DNA from: Octopus sinensis
Taxonomy: Eukaryota
Assembly: GCF_006345805.1 (NCBI RefSeq)
Contig: NC_043001.1
Coordinates: 126,542,001-126,606,000, forward strand
DNA length: 64,000 nucleotides
Reading direction: 5' to 3'
The notes under the pieces were generated by a model. That model saw nothing but the letters and a program-made list of their open reading frames with translations. It made no database searches and was not told where the DNA came from. Made by a program: the position numbers and the translations under genes. Below, piece by piece: positions 51,071-64,000 of this stretch (positions are counted from its first letter, which is position 1; each line of letters begins with the position of its first letter).

Positions 51071-51469
51071 ATGAAAAATAATTGCTGGCACCCTCTTGAT
51101 GTCGATAATTCTATTTTGGGATTGAGTATCGCTCTCAATAGGCGATCAGCATTATTATTTCATATATATACACGAAGTTACAAAAGCCCAACGCAATATC
51201 CCTGTCATAATATATCTTATTTATGATTTTGTTGTTGCTTTCCTGCAATTTCCTTTTTACACTTCAAACTAGTGTGACCCGAAGCATTTTACCACATTAC
51301 AATGAAAGACGGGACACCTGCTGATCATAATAAATGTATTAACAGTGTAAATAATATAGATAAATATATATAAAGGGGCAAAGAATATGTCTCACTTGTT
51401 TCCGTATAACTTGGCTTCTGCGGGCACCTGGATGCAAACTAAATGTCGCATCACCAACTTGATATTGCT

Positions 51470-51540
51470 CCACCACCACCACCACCACCACCACCACCAC
51501 CACTACCGCCACCGCCACCACCACTACTACTACTACTACT

Positions 51541-51596
<56 letters not shown>

Positions 51597-51800
51597 GCTG
51601 CTGCTGCTGTCGCTGCGCTGCGCTGCTACCAATGTAGCTACTACTACCATGACGGCGACGACGATCACCAGCGTCACACAACATTGACGGCGACGCGACG
51701 ACCATGAAGACAGCGACTACGGCGACGAGACGAAAATAAAGAGACGCGGCGACTACGGCGACGAGGACGATAATGACGGCAACGAAGATCAAGTAACTCC
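51470..51800. repeat. Compound trinucleotide repeats (ACC)/(ACT)/(GCT)/(ACG)
   Basis: Direct reading. Confidence 0.9.
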
Positions 51801-52633
51801 AAAGATAACAACAGAAATCCCATTACAAAAACCAATAATCATATGTAACATACAAATACATCTCTTTAGCTCCCTCTTCATCGCCAGCACCAGTAAAAAG
51901 ACAGAAATCCACACTTTCCCGAGACACATAGAAGTGATGATTCATAAATGATGATGATGTCTTATACAGATAGGCAAAGCGCAGGCTTGAAATTTTGGTG
52001 GCAGTCGTGTATATCGACCCCAGTATGTGTCTGATACTTTATTTTTGTTAACTCCGGGTTGAAAAAAGGTAAATTTGATGGCGATGGGATTTGGTCTCAG
52101 GACTTAAAGCAACAGATCAAATATCGAGGAGCATGTTGTTCAATGCTCTATAATTTCTGTCACTGGCACAGAGCCAAAGATTTGGAGAAAAAAAGTTAAT
52201 TGTTTCAATAGTCTCCAGTACCTGATTAATACTTTATCGATCTCCGAAAGAATGAAAGGTGAGTTGATCGCGGTGGTTTTCGAACGCAGCATTGAAAAAG
52301 CCGGAACAAATATACAAAGCATTTTGTCGGATCCTCTAACGATTCTGCCAATCCACGTAACAGTTTCTAATGCATAATATCTGTACCATTACAAGAGCAA
52401 ATAGCAAAAACAATGAACTGTGTTCGAGGTGGGAGTCAGTCATCTTACTCTGGTTATCTATATTTTGAGATCTTTTTATGTGAATTCTTTTTTCTTTGAG
52501 ATACATTATCATTTGTTTGGGCTGATACTTCAATGAGAAAGCGAATCCTTATTTGGTGATGCCTGACGTCAATATACGACTGATTGCCTTTCTTCTTTTT
52601 ATCTGTCTGTTTGTCTCTCTCCATCTCTCTCTC

Positions 52634-52704
<71 letters not shown>

Positions 52705-54241
52705 GTATTTACTTATTTCAAAGTATGGGTATCTTGTCATTCTCTGAGACCTTTGTCTGTTGTATATCATAATGCTAGAATTAATTCCGATGTATGAATA
52801 TTCTAACTCTAATACGATTGTAGATGTAATCTTTCTTTGCTAAATCTGAACCACACTATGCCAGAAACCACGTGATTAATGTTCTTTTCTCCCTCTCCAC
52901 TTATTACGGAGTTCCATAATGAATCTTGATTCGTAATATGCATTTGATTGTTTTTGTTAAGACGACTTTCGTTCTGTGCCCTAGTCAAATAATGGAAAAT
53001 AGAATAGAAAAGTGTTGAAGACGGAAGAGCCCTTAGAGCCAGTCAAGCAATTATACTGATTCAAAATTGCTTAAACTGCAAAAAGTAAAATGCTTTCTCT
53101 CGGCTGGAGTCTCTAGCATACAGGCACATGCTGAAACTAAACCCATCCACTCGTGCCATTCTCGCCACTCTCATTCATCTTTCAGAAAATTCATTATAGG
53201 AAAGCACCTCCTCATTCATCGCCTTCTTGTCCAACCGGAATTTTTCAAGCTTGATTGAGGAATTGACCGAAGAGGAAAATGTCTATCTTTATTACATTCA
53301 AACTTATCCTTCTTACAGTTTCTTTAGCCATAGCCACCAGACTGAAGAAAACTGTTTGCCTTCTCGGCCAAAATAGAAGTAAAAGAAGAAAAAGAAGTGC
53401 TGAGAACGATTGATATAATCACGATTGGCTCAGCTTATAACCAAATTCTTCTAACATATGAAAATAGTTGTACTTTAGCAATCAATCGCCACAGTGGTAG
53501 CCGATAGACGGTCAGTCGGCCTTCTAGAAAGTGTAAGCAAGTCTATCTCAAATTATTATATCCACCGTCTTGTGAAAGACGTTCACAGCACAATGTGGTA
53601 TAATAAGGAACGTGTTTAGGAAATAAAATAGGATTGTTACAGACAGTAAGCCTTTATCTACAGGTCTACTTATATTATGCCTATAGTTCTGCCTATAAGT
53701 CTATTCGATCAACAATAACAAAAACCACACGTACCAGAAATATTTTCTCAAACATCACTACCATTATCACCACCACCGTCACCATCACCACCACCACCAC
53801 CTCTACCATCACAACCACCTCATTTTAATGGATACCACGATATCGCCTTCTACTGCAGCATCATAATCACCACCGCTATCCCGGTTGCTACGGCTTTATC
53901 ATACAGCTTTAGCAACATACCCACAACAACACATCCCCAACCATGGCTACCAAAACTACCATCGCAATTTCTATTACTTTAGAGATAACAGAGACGCCAT
54001 TTTGCTTGCAAAAGTTGGACCCCAGCTTTCACCTTTTTCTCCCTGCATAAACAAAAAAAAAAATGTGTTTCCTCCCAAAAATCTATAAGTAATAGATACA
54101 GAAAAAGTTACATACAGAAAAACAACAAGTTACATACAGAAAAACGGCGGTGCATCACCATGGCCGCAGCTCTGAGTTGAAACTAGAGAGAAAAAAAATT
54201 TCCTTTATTTCAGATTATTATATCATTTTTTCCCGTCCTCA

Positions 54242-54376
<135 letters not shown>

Positions 54377-54724
54377 CTTCTCTCATTTCTCTCCGATTAA
54401 TTCAAAAGAGCTGCCACAAACAATAACAAGAATGTTGTTACCCGCTGACCGGAAAATACACAAATAAATAAATATAATACAATTATTATTATTATTATTA
54501 TTATTATTGTTGTTGTTGTTGTTGTTGTTGTAGTTCTTGTGTTATGTCTATTTGCCTCACACATGCTGTCACCTGCAAGTAAGCTGTGTACTTACCGCAT
54601 TGTCAAGAGAAGACAAAAGTTTCCTGTCACCACCTCCTCGGGGAAAGCCATACCGTTCTGAGTTGAACAGAGATGGCTTACGAAATGACGTAAAACATGA
54701 CTCTAATTGCAATCTGGGTTCGAA

Positions 54725-55090
54725 ATGGTGGTGATGGTGGTGGTGGGAGTGGTTGTAGTAGTAGTAGTAGCAGTGGTTAGGAGGATGTTAGTGGTTTTGG
54801 CATTCGGGATAATGATGAAGATAGTGGTATTGGTGGTATTGGTGGTAATGGTGGTGGTGGTGGTGCTGCTGCTGCTGCTGGTGATGATGATGATGATGAT
54901 GTGGGGGGAGGAGGACGAAGAAGACGAAGAAGGGGAGGAGGGGAGGGGAGGAGGAGAGGGGAAGAGAGGAGGTAGAGGAGAAGGAGGGGAGGGGAAGAGG
55001 ACGGGGAGGAAGTGAAGAAGACGAAGAAGAGGAGGAGGAGGATAGTGGTTGCGATGGTTACGGCGAGGTTGCTGTTGATTGCGGTGGTGG
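54725..55090. repeat. Degenerate trinucleotide and GA-rich low-complexity tract
   Basis: Direct reading. Confidence 0.85.
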
Positions 55091-55539
55091 TGATAGAGAA
55101 GTGGTATTGCATTTGTGCTGACGATAGTAACGGTAGTAGATCGACGATGACGTCGTAACTGTTACCATTTGAGGGCGATGGTAACTGGCATAGTGTCGGA
55201 GTGGTATTTACCGTATTACTGGTGTGGTAGCGACGACAGCTGTCGTGTAGTTGGAGTCGAAAGTGAAGTGTGGTTATAGTGTTTGTGTTGTTGGCGTTTC
55301 ATGTAGATGTTAGTAATATCGTGATCGACAAAGTAGTTTGAGTAATAAAAGAATGAGATGCAAGTGTAGGGGTGGGTGGGAAAGGGTTGAAAGGAAAGTG
55401 TTCAGGTTTTGGTCAATCCGTCACCACCATCTCCATCGCCAGCCACAACGGATGCAAACCTCACCATCACTGTCTTCTAAACCCTTGTCCCAAATTTGTG
55501 ACATTGTACCTGAGTTAGAAACAACAAAAACGGCAACGC

Positions 55540-55575
55540 CTCCCCCTCCGCCTCCTCCTCCTCCTCCTCCTCCTC

Positions 55576-55618
<43 letters not shown>

Positions 55619-55829
55619 CACTACGACAACGATGACAACTTCTACTACCACCACCGCCACAACTTCTACTACCAACGCAACATCCACCACCTCCACCACT
55701 ACCAGCACTACTACTATTATCATGACGACCAACACCACCACTTCTACCACCACCATCACCACCTCAGCAATTACCACTGCCACTACCACCATCACCGTCA
55801 AAACTACTACCAGCACAAGCACCACTACC

Positions 55830-55864
<35 letters not shown>

Positions 55865-56015
55865 TAGTACAACTGCTGCTGTTGCAACTACTACAACTAT
55901 TATGACGACGACGACCACTACTACCACAAACACTACCGCCACCATCAACACCTAAGCAACTATAACAAGCACTACCACCAACACCACCATTATTACGACT
56001 ACTACTACTACTACT
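55540..56015. repeat. Degenerate (CCT)/(ACT)/(ACC) trinucleotide tract
   Basis: Direct reading; the poly-Thr/Pro ORF 55338..55955 is probably an artefact. Confidence 0.85.
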
Positions 56016-56109
56016 TTTGTCATTCATTGTTTGAAAAGTACATAAGTTTCCTTGTCCGTCTTTGAAAAAAAAACTTGCATAAAATGTCACAAGTTTTAAC
56101 AAATGCTCT

Positions 56110-56640
56110 TTGAGAATGTCGTAATGAAATTTACAGATTCCCTTATTGCTGTTTTCTGGAATGTGCCATGTCTATCCTTATATGTAATCTGTCAATGTCT
56201 CTACAGAAATGGTTGTATGTCACAGCAGTTCTACTAGTTGCTAATGAGATGATAGACACATTCTTTAATTACTAAATGTTTATAATTCAGCGGTTAGGTC
56301 GATGTAAATTTTTAGCTTTTCAGCTCAGTTTTGCATAACACTAGAGACATTAGGTATTGTCATGTTGATAATTAGTTATACTGTCGTTATTTTTGTCATG
56401 TAGAATGGCATTCATGTTATGTCCTCTTTGATGGCTTCCCTGTATACTGAAATCTAGTAGTATTTTCGCATTGACATTTTCTAAGACAGCTGGAGGTTCA
56501 CACGAGGACAACAAAGCCTTTTCCTTGAAATATTTGAAACTGAGTGACATGGCGTGTATAGAGCGGCTTTGCTATGTTATTGTGAGTTGTCCAGGTGTGT
56601 ATGGCAGGAACTAATGAAGGACATCGGGTACAGTGTGGTT
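56110..56640 (-). mobile_element. Decayed R4/Dong-like LINE 3' end (restriction-like endonuclease domain)
   Basis: EPPAVLENVNAKILLDFSIQ..HQRGHN...LHDKNN; in a shifted frame LIINMTIPNV...AEKLKIYIDL. Confidence 0.6.
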
Positions 56641-58106
56641 TATTGTTTCAAAAACTACACCAGACGGCCAAAATTTGCGATGAGTGTATGTGAGTACGAG
56701 TGCGCGCGTATGTGGGGTGTGTGTGTGTGTTATATGTGATAATTATGAGATGATGACCTAAATATTGAACTTGCCCCAGCTTTTAACATAGCAGTATGAT
56801 ATTTGCTTTCATTTTAGACCAGGGTCAACCTTAACCCGACTATTCAGCCTTGACCAACACCTTAATATCTTTTTTCTATTCACTCTATTTTCATCATTCA
56901 ATTTGTCCTTAATCTTCTATTCGTAAGGATACTAGTAATGTGTAATTTGAGGGAGATTGCGGTGGTATGTCTAGCGGGTCGAGAGCTCACGTAGAGATAC
57001 CGTTGTTAGACGTTATAATTGCTATAGGTTTTAGGATCATTGTTTCTCTTTGTAGTTGTGTTTGCTTTATGATAACATGCAATTTGGTGTCTCTGTTGTG
57101 GTTAGTATTGAGTTTCTTGATGTCGTTGAAATTGGTGTTGTTGATGTTCTTGTTGTTGTTGCTGTTTATATCAGGGATAAAACTATGGGAAATATTTAGT
57201 TTGTATCTCATAAAAAGGCTTTCTTTGTTTAACTCGGAAACCTTTCTCACATATATGTACGCGCTCCATATAAAACTCTCAGACAAATGTACACACACGC
57301 ACACACACATACACACACATACACACACACATACACACCCACACATACACACACACATACACACCCGTACATACACACATACATCTATGTTTGTGTGTAT
57401 AGGCGTATATGTGTGCGTATAGGCAAGTGTATAGGTATGTATGTATAGGCATGTATGTGTGTATATATATAAGTATGTATATGTATGTATATACATACGT
57501 GTGCATGTATATGTGTGTGTATGGGTGTGTGTGTTTGCGCAGGCGCGTGCGTGCGGGTGTTCATACACGTATACACACATAAATACTTAAAACAAATCTT
57601 GTAATGATTCAAACATTACACAGAAATGCGATAATACTCTTGTATGCAGAAATGCAGAGTTGCTCTCTCTCTCTCCTCTCTCTCTCTCTCTCCCTCCCTC
57701 TCCCTCTACCTCTCTCTTTCACTCTTGCTCTTCTCTCTCTTTCTCGCTCTCTCTTACGCACGCTCACGCACATATATACACACGCTGACGCACGAATGTT
57801 TTTTCTGGTCTTACAATCAGACAAATGTTTACTAGCTCTTTACACACTCACACACTAACCCAATCACACACACACACACATACACACACGCACACACACA
57901 TACGCACGTGTATATAATATATACGTGTGTATGTATATACACACACAGACACAAACATGTATGTATACCATCAAAAATTGCTTTTCCCTGTTATTTTGGA
58001 TGACTTTTATTTAAATCTGCAAGTAATTATACGTGATAGGTCTAGACTCAAAGCGTTTTTGTTTTTATGCACACACGCACACACACACATGCACACGCAC
58101 AGACAC

Positions 58107-58150
<44 letters not shown>

Positions 58151-58681
58151 TACAAGCAAACTTACATACGGGTGCATGCACGAATATGATACACGCGTAG
58201 ACATATACAAATTACATAGCCTTTTGGAAATGAGCTGTGTCTGTCACAAATTGTCTTTGCATTTCCACAATTAGCCTTAACAATTACCAGCCGTTTGGGT
58301 AGAAGTTAGCGACAATCGTTAATTGTTAAATAACAATGAAATTGATCAGGTTGACACGTATTCTATGCTGCTGTATACACACCTAAGCCAAGTCAGTCTG
58401 ATTTGCATCACAGTACTGGCGCTCACAATGTAGAGTTTTAATTAAGAGAAATTACACAACGTCTTTTAAATAATTCATAACCTTTCGTTACGCATATAAT
58501 TTAGCGTATCATGAAAAGGAAACAAACTGGTTGCAGCAAAGCTTTTTTCATTTCGAAGGAAAAAAATGACATTAGTTTTATCAGTTTCGTATTGTATTAT
58601 ATCAGCATCAAAGAGCGACCCGTCCACTGTTCACAGAGAGAATATTAGCTTATTACTATTTGCAGCACATCTTTTGGTCCA

Positions 58682-59100
58682 GGCATAGCTGCGTGGTTAA
58701 GAAACTCTCTTTGTAACCACCAGGGTTCGGGTTCAGTGTGCTACTGCGCTGTACGTTGGGCAATTGTCTTCTACTATAACCCCGAGCCGACCAATGCCTT
58801 GTGAGTAAATTTCGTAGATGTAAACTGTGTGGAAGGCCGGTGTAGAAGTGTGTGTGTGTGTGCGCGCGCGTTTCTTGTATGTATGTGTATGCGTGTTTTT
58901 GTGCTTGCATTTGTCCCCCGCCACGGCTTGACAACTTGTGCTGGTGTGTTTGCATTAGCAGTTCGACAAAAGCGACCCATGAAATAAGTATCAGGCTTAA
59001 AAATTAACCACTGAGGTAGATTTGTTCATTTAAAACCCTTCAAAAGGTTACCCCAGCATGGCCGCAGTCCAATGACTGAAATAAATAAAAGAGGAAAAGA
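58682..59100 (+). mobile_element. SINE family A, diverged
   Basis: Both halves are recognisable. Confidence 0.8.
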
Positions 59101-59219
59101 ATTAGCTTATGACTATTTATAGTACATTTTAAAATGTTTAAGACAATATATAGTATATTTATATTAATCTATAGCTATTTACAGTATGTTATATTGGCTT
59201 ATAGCTATTTATAGAAAGT

Positions 59220-59885
59220 TTAGAGGGTATTCGCGCTCAGTTTGACAGCTGAATAAAAGGAAACGAAAACACAATATTCTATCCAAAGATAAAATTATTT
59301 AGAAATAAAAGAAAATCAACAAGACTATGGCTGAGAGATAACAGTTTACTAAAAGTAGCCATCCTCGGATTTTATCATGACCTCAATACGGTTCCAGAAC
59401 CAGGAGCGTATATTCCTCTCTGTAACCCTGAGAAAATATTCGAACACCTCCTTGATCTTGACCATCAGCTCGGACTCGGTGTTGCAAGCCGAGTAGTCGG
59501 TGTCTTTCTCAGTTGCGCCCCATACATTGTAAAACATGGGATTACAATTGAGAGGATTGGAAGGTCAGAAATTGGAGCTAGTGAAGCAGAATTTCTGCAA
59601 CAAACACTTCTGATTCTTTCCAGAGGTATGGCAATGAACCGAATCCTGCTGCCACATTTATGGTCTTCTAGCAAAAATCCCCTTCAGCCAGTGTTGGCCA
59701 GAGTCTCTATCTAGTTCGCATAGCCGTCTATATTGATTGAACCTAAGGCCCTGTTGAAAAATATGGGACGGCATGCCGTCACCCTCACTAGGGATACACC
59801 AAAAACTATAACAGTCTGAAGGAAATTGGTTTTCATGATGCCCATGTCACGTCTTACACCCTTTACAATGTTCACAAAGTATTGA
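59220..59885 (-). mobile_element. Tc1/mariner (maT/DD37D-like) transposase C-terminal remnant
   Basis: F*PSNPLNCNPMFYNVWGATEKDT...EVMIKSEDGYF, a decayed WPPNSPDCNP.DY.VWG motif. Confidence 0.75.
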
Positions 59886-60140
59886 GCAGCTGTCACGATA
59901 TCGGCATTTTGATACCTGGGGTGAGTCATCATGATACAGGTATCTTTTCCAACATTCAGATGGCTTTTAGTCCTCCATATCTGCTAACATTTTCTCAACA
60001 ACAGCTTTACTCTTTGTACTCTCCAACTCTGCTGACTGTTCACCAATGCATCAAGCCGTTCATGGAAAAAGGAAACATAAAAGTTGTCACATGTAACCCG
60101 AACACCTTTTCTATTAGTTTGTACCCATTTATAGTATATA

Positions 60141-60400
60141 ATGGGTTGGAAACTAAGTTCCCGCCGTTTGTTTCAAATTTAAATTTTTTAAAAGGTTTAA
60201 TAAAAAATAACAGCTAATTAATCAATAATGTATTCACTCTTGTTGTTTACAACTTCTTCCCAACGTTCAAAAAGATTTTCAATACCTCGTTGGTAGGAAT
60301 CACCTGATTTCGACTCGAAAAACTGATCCAACCAAGCTCTCAATTCTGCATCAGTATTGAACGAAACTCCGCGCATAGCATTTGAAAGAGATCTGGCTTC
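60141..60400 (-). mobile_element. Mariner 3' end with TIR
   Basis: RSLSNAMRGVSFNTDAELRAWLDQFFESK...RWEEVVNNKSEYIID; terminal tgggttggaaactaagttc. Confidence 0.88.
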
Positions 60401-60419
60401 CTTGGTCATATTGGCGATA

Positions 60420-60595
60420 AGAGGGGACTAGTCGATTACATTGACACCAGTGTTTCACTGGTACTTAATTTATCGATCTCGAAAGGATGAAAGGCAAAGT
60501 CGACCTGGGCGGAATTTGAACTCAGAACGTAAGAAACGAAATGCCGCTAATCACTTTGTCCAACGTGCTAACTATTCTGCCAGCCCACCGCCTTA
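60420..60595 (-). mobile_element. SINE family B variant
   Basis: Family B body with an alternative tail. Confidence 0.85.
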
Positions 60596-60884
60596 ATAAT
60601 AATAATAGTCATAATAATAATAATAATAATAATGATAATAATAATAATAATAATAACAACGATGATAATTTTTTTTTTTAAGTCAGAGAGTTTTAAAAAA
60701 TCAGATGAACATTTCGCTCTTTCATGATTCCTCGGTGCATTTTTGTAGATTTAAGCAAAAATCACGAATTGTATTATGATTTCTCTCCGCAAGAAACAGA
60801 AATCAAATATAATATCTGAACTTATACATACATACATACATACATACATACATACATACATACATACAAACATACATACATACA

Positions 60885-60916
<32 letters not shown>

Positions 60917-60927
60917 CATACATACAT

Positions 60928-61375
60928 AAAAAGGAATACTGATGGAATGTACCAGTGAAGACCTCAGTAAAATATAAGCAAATTTGACCTGATATAATCA
61001 TTTGGGATAGAGAAGAGAAAGTATGCACAATTGTGGAAATTAGCTGTCCAGTGAATGTTAGCATAAGGCTGAAGATCAGTGAAAAAGAGAACACCTATGC
61101 TGAACTATTGAGAAATCTGCAGTTACTCTATCTAGATTACAAGTTCAGGTTTATACATATTACAAGTTTATACAGGTTACAAGTTCAGGTCTACACATAT
61201 CCCAGGACCCCAATAATTGGGAACCTGGGATATGTAACACACTGCCTAAATACCGATCTTGAGAAATTAGGCTTCTCAAAATGAGAAAACAGAAAGCTAA
61301 TTCGAAGATTACAGATCCAAGCCATCACTGGAATTATAAAAATCTCTAAAACTTTCCAGTAGTTTATCATTTAAA
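60928..61375 (+). mobile_element. R4/Dong-like LINE 3' end (restriction-like endonuclease) in (CATA)n, copy 1
   Basis: WNVPVKTS...PDIIIWDREEKVCTIVEISCPVNVSIRLKISEKENTYAELLRNLQ...PIIGNLGYV; ends tttaaa(cata)n. Confidence 0.85.
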
Positions 61376-61501
61376 CATACATACATACATACATACATAC
61401 ATACATACATACATACATACATACATACAACATACATACATACATACATACATACATACATACATACATACATACATACATACATACATACATACATACA
61501 T

Positions 61502-61975
61502 AAAAAGGAATACTGATGGAATGTACCAGTGAAGACCTCAGTAAAATATAAGCAAATTTGACCTGATATAATCATTTGGGATAGAGAAGAGAAAGTATGC
61601 ACAATTGTGGAAATTAGATGTCCAGTGGATGTTAGCATAAAGTTGAAGATCAGTGAAAAAGAGAACACCTATGCTGAACTATTGAGAAATCTGCAGTTAC
61701 TCTATCTTGATTACAAGTTCAGGTTTATACATATTACAAGTTTATACATATTACATATTACAAGTTTATACAGGTTACAAGTTCAGGTCTACACATATCC
61801 CAGGACCCCTATAATTGGGAACCTGGGATATGTAACACACTGCCTAAATACCGATCTTGAGAAATTAGGCTTCTCAAAATGAGAAAACAGAAAGCTAATT
61901 CGAAGACTACAGATCCAAGCCATCACTGGAACTATAAAAAGATCTGTAAAACTTTCCAGTAGCTTATCATTTAAA
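61502..61975 (+). mobile_element. R4/Dong-like LINE 3' end in (CATA)n, copy 2
   Basis: Near-identical tandem copy with the same 5' breakpoint. Confidence 0.85.
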
Positions 61976-62889
61976 CATACATACACACATACATACACAC
62001 ATACATACACACATACATACATACACACATACATACATACACACACACATACACACATACATGCAAAAATACACTGTTGACGCTGAAATTCGAATGAAGG
62101 AGCTTTGGATCGAGGTTAGAAATCGACCCTTTCTCTGTTGATAAGAAATCTTGAAGTAAAACCGAATAATTATATACATACATACAAACAACCATGCATA
62201 CATACATATATGCATACATACGTACATACATACATACACACATACACAACACACGCATTTATGAATATTAATGTACCATATATCTGTATTTGTATACGTG
62301 TATACACACACACACACACGTGTATATAAACACTCACACATACACAATCACAAATATACACACGCTTGCTCACACAAATTTGGTAGTGATAAGCCTTGGG
62401 ATAGAAACGGCGATGGCGTTGATGGTGGTGCCAATGGTAGTGGAAATGCTGGGGAGATTTGCGGCGATAAGGGTGGTGGCGAAAAAGCGGTTTTGTCTGA
62501 TGTTGACGGCACCAGTAGTCGTTGTTTATCTCTTCCGGCTTTCAGTTTCATGCTTGTTATATGTAATTAATATATTTTACAAGGATTCATTCTAAAATTG
62601 TACCTCGAATGCGTGTATTCACACGCGCGCACGCACTTACGCACCCACATATACATGTATATAATCTATTTATTTTCAATTAAATGTGAATGTCGTCGAT
62701 AAGCAGATTATAAGAACAAGGGGACAAACGTGGGATACAAAGTCGTTGAAGAGATCACAGGATGTGTGACGAAAAAGCTTTGGCAAAGACCTAAAATAAT
62801 AATAATGATAATGCTGAAGTGAAGACCACATATAGAGCGTGTGTTTCATTGACGAAATGTGATCATTTCCGAGTGTAACAATACAGATT

Positions 62890-63300
62890 TGAGCTGGCAG
62901 AAGCGTTAGCACGCCGGGCGAAATGCTTAGCGGTATTTCGTCTGCCGTTACGTTATGAGTTCAAATTCCGCCGAGGTCGACTTTGCCTTTCATCCTTTCG
63001 GGGTCGATAAATTAAGTACCAGTTACGCACTGGGGTCGATGTAATCGATGTAATCCGTTTGTCTGTCCTTGTTTGTCCCCTCTATGTTTAGCCCCTTGTG
63101 CGTAGTAAAGAAATAGGTATTTCGTCTGCCGTGACGCTCTGAGTTCAAATTCCGCCGCGGTCGACTTTGCCTTTCATCTTTTCGGGGTCGATTAAATAAG
63201 TACCAGTTACGCACTGGAGTCGTTGTAATTGACTTAATCCCTTTGTCTGTCCTTGTTTGTCCCATCTATGTTTAGCACCTTGTGGGCAATAAAGAAATAA
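62890..63300 (+). mobile_element. Dimeric or nested SINE family B
   Basis: Head-body-tail, then a restart at gtatttcgtctgcc (63117) with a second body and tail. Confidence 0.9.
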
Positions 63301-64000
63301 GATTATAGGTATTAAGAAACAATATAGGGATTAACAATATTTGAGCCTAATTTCTCGACAACTATCTAGCTATGTCATCTACTGTCACATCACGGGTCGC
63401 TCGATCTGCTAGATCTTTAAAGACGGTATCGTCTTTAAAAAGAGAACACTTCAGATCATATAGACTTAGTTAACTCCCAAAAATTATAGGGATTGCAGTT
63501 AAAAGGAGTCTTATTATAAGATAGGCTCGGTTAGCGTTAACCTCGCCTAAATAATAACAACTATTACAAAAACAGTTACGATTAAAACGAGGGAGCTCAT
63601 ACGTGGTCACTCGGCATGTAGTGACGAAGGTGAACTTGTTAGTTTGTAGGGCCCGAGCAGAAACGCCAGGGGACAGATTCCTCGAGGACCAAACCTCTTA
63701 GAAAAATTTGCACGCAGTGAAAATGAAGAAAGTCCTTTTAGTTACAGCTTTTCAAAAATGATTTTTGAACAAAGTGATGAAAGAATTTCGGTTTTGTATT
63801 TGGTTTCAAAGATTCTTTATGCGAATTCGAGTGTTGAAACAACTTTTGTTGTGTCTAGGGAGAATCATTACGCCAATATAAATAACACACGCACCGGTTC
63901 AATTCCATTCCTTTATTATTAGTCAACTAGTTAAATATCTCTCCAACTAGCTAATCGATCGTTTGCTTGACTTGTTGGCTAAACAGTCAATCATTTTTTG

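Noticed and set aside
55338-55955. 205-aa Pro/Thr-rich mucin-like ORF
   Set aside because: It is built from degenerate trinucleotide repeats and is open on both strands, with no domain or splice support.
62733-62782. UUGAAGA...GAAA-AAGCUUU hammerhead look-alike
   Set aside because: No helix I, G at the cleavage position and a bulged helix II; probably chance.
63416-63439. Perfect 10-bp hairpin TTTAAAGACG-GTAT-CGTCTTTAAA
   Set aside because: It lies in a decayed repeat and lacks a Helitron CTRR end or other context; it is probably a local inversion.

Overview
This is AT-rich, microsatellite-saturated, mostly non-coding animal DNA. The SINE families and repeat landscape resemble an octopod cephalopod genome (Octopus-like); that is my inference, not a database result. 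No intact protein-coding gene is recognisable, and most of the supplied ORFs are microsatellite translation artefacts. Recognisable content: several tRNA-derived SINE families, decayed Tc1/mariner elements, a THAP+DDE PIF/Harbinger (ISL2EU-like) transposase pseudogene, Penelope-like (PLE) RT and GIY-YIG fragments, RTE and R4/Dong-like LINE 3' fragments sitting in (TATG/CATA)n tracts, and a zinc-knuckle LINE ORF1. The main finding is a set of type I hammerhead ribozymes (HHR) read by eye. (i) A ~477-bp x ~2.8 tandem array plus an inverted tail (19941-21458) carries four copies of a canonical CUGAUGA/GAAA/AUA hammerhead, a retrozyme-like system predicted to release 456 and 479 nt monomers. (ii) An unrelated ~508-bp terminally redundant unit has a complete CUGAGGA hammerhead (12087-12148). 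(iii) Further families have non-canonical cores (CCGAAGA, CCGACGA, CUGUUGA), one with structure-preserving variation between copies. Nearly all of these units abut (TA)n tracts and show direct-repeat plus inverted-tail architecture like PLE pLTRs. A possible promoter (25627-25707) and a few weak candidate exons hint that the window may be intronic.
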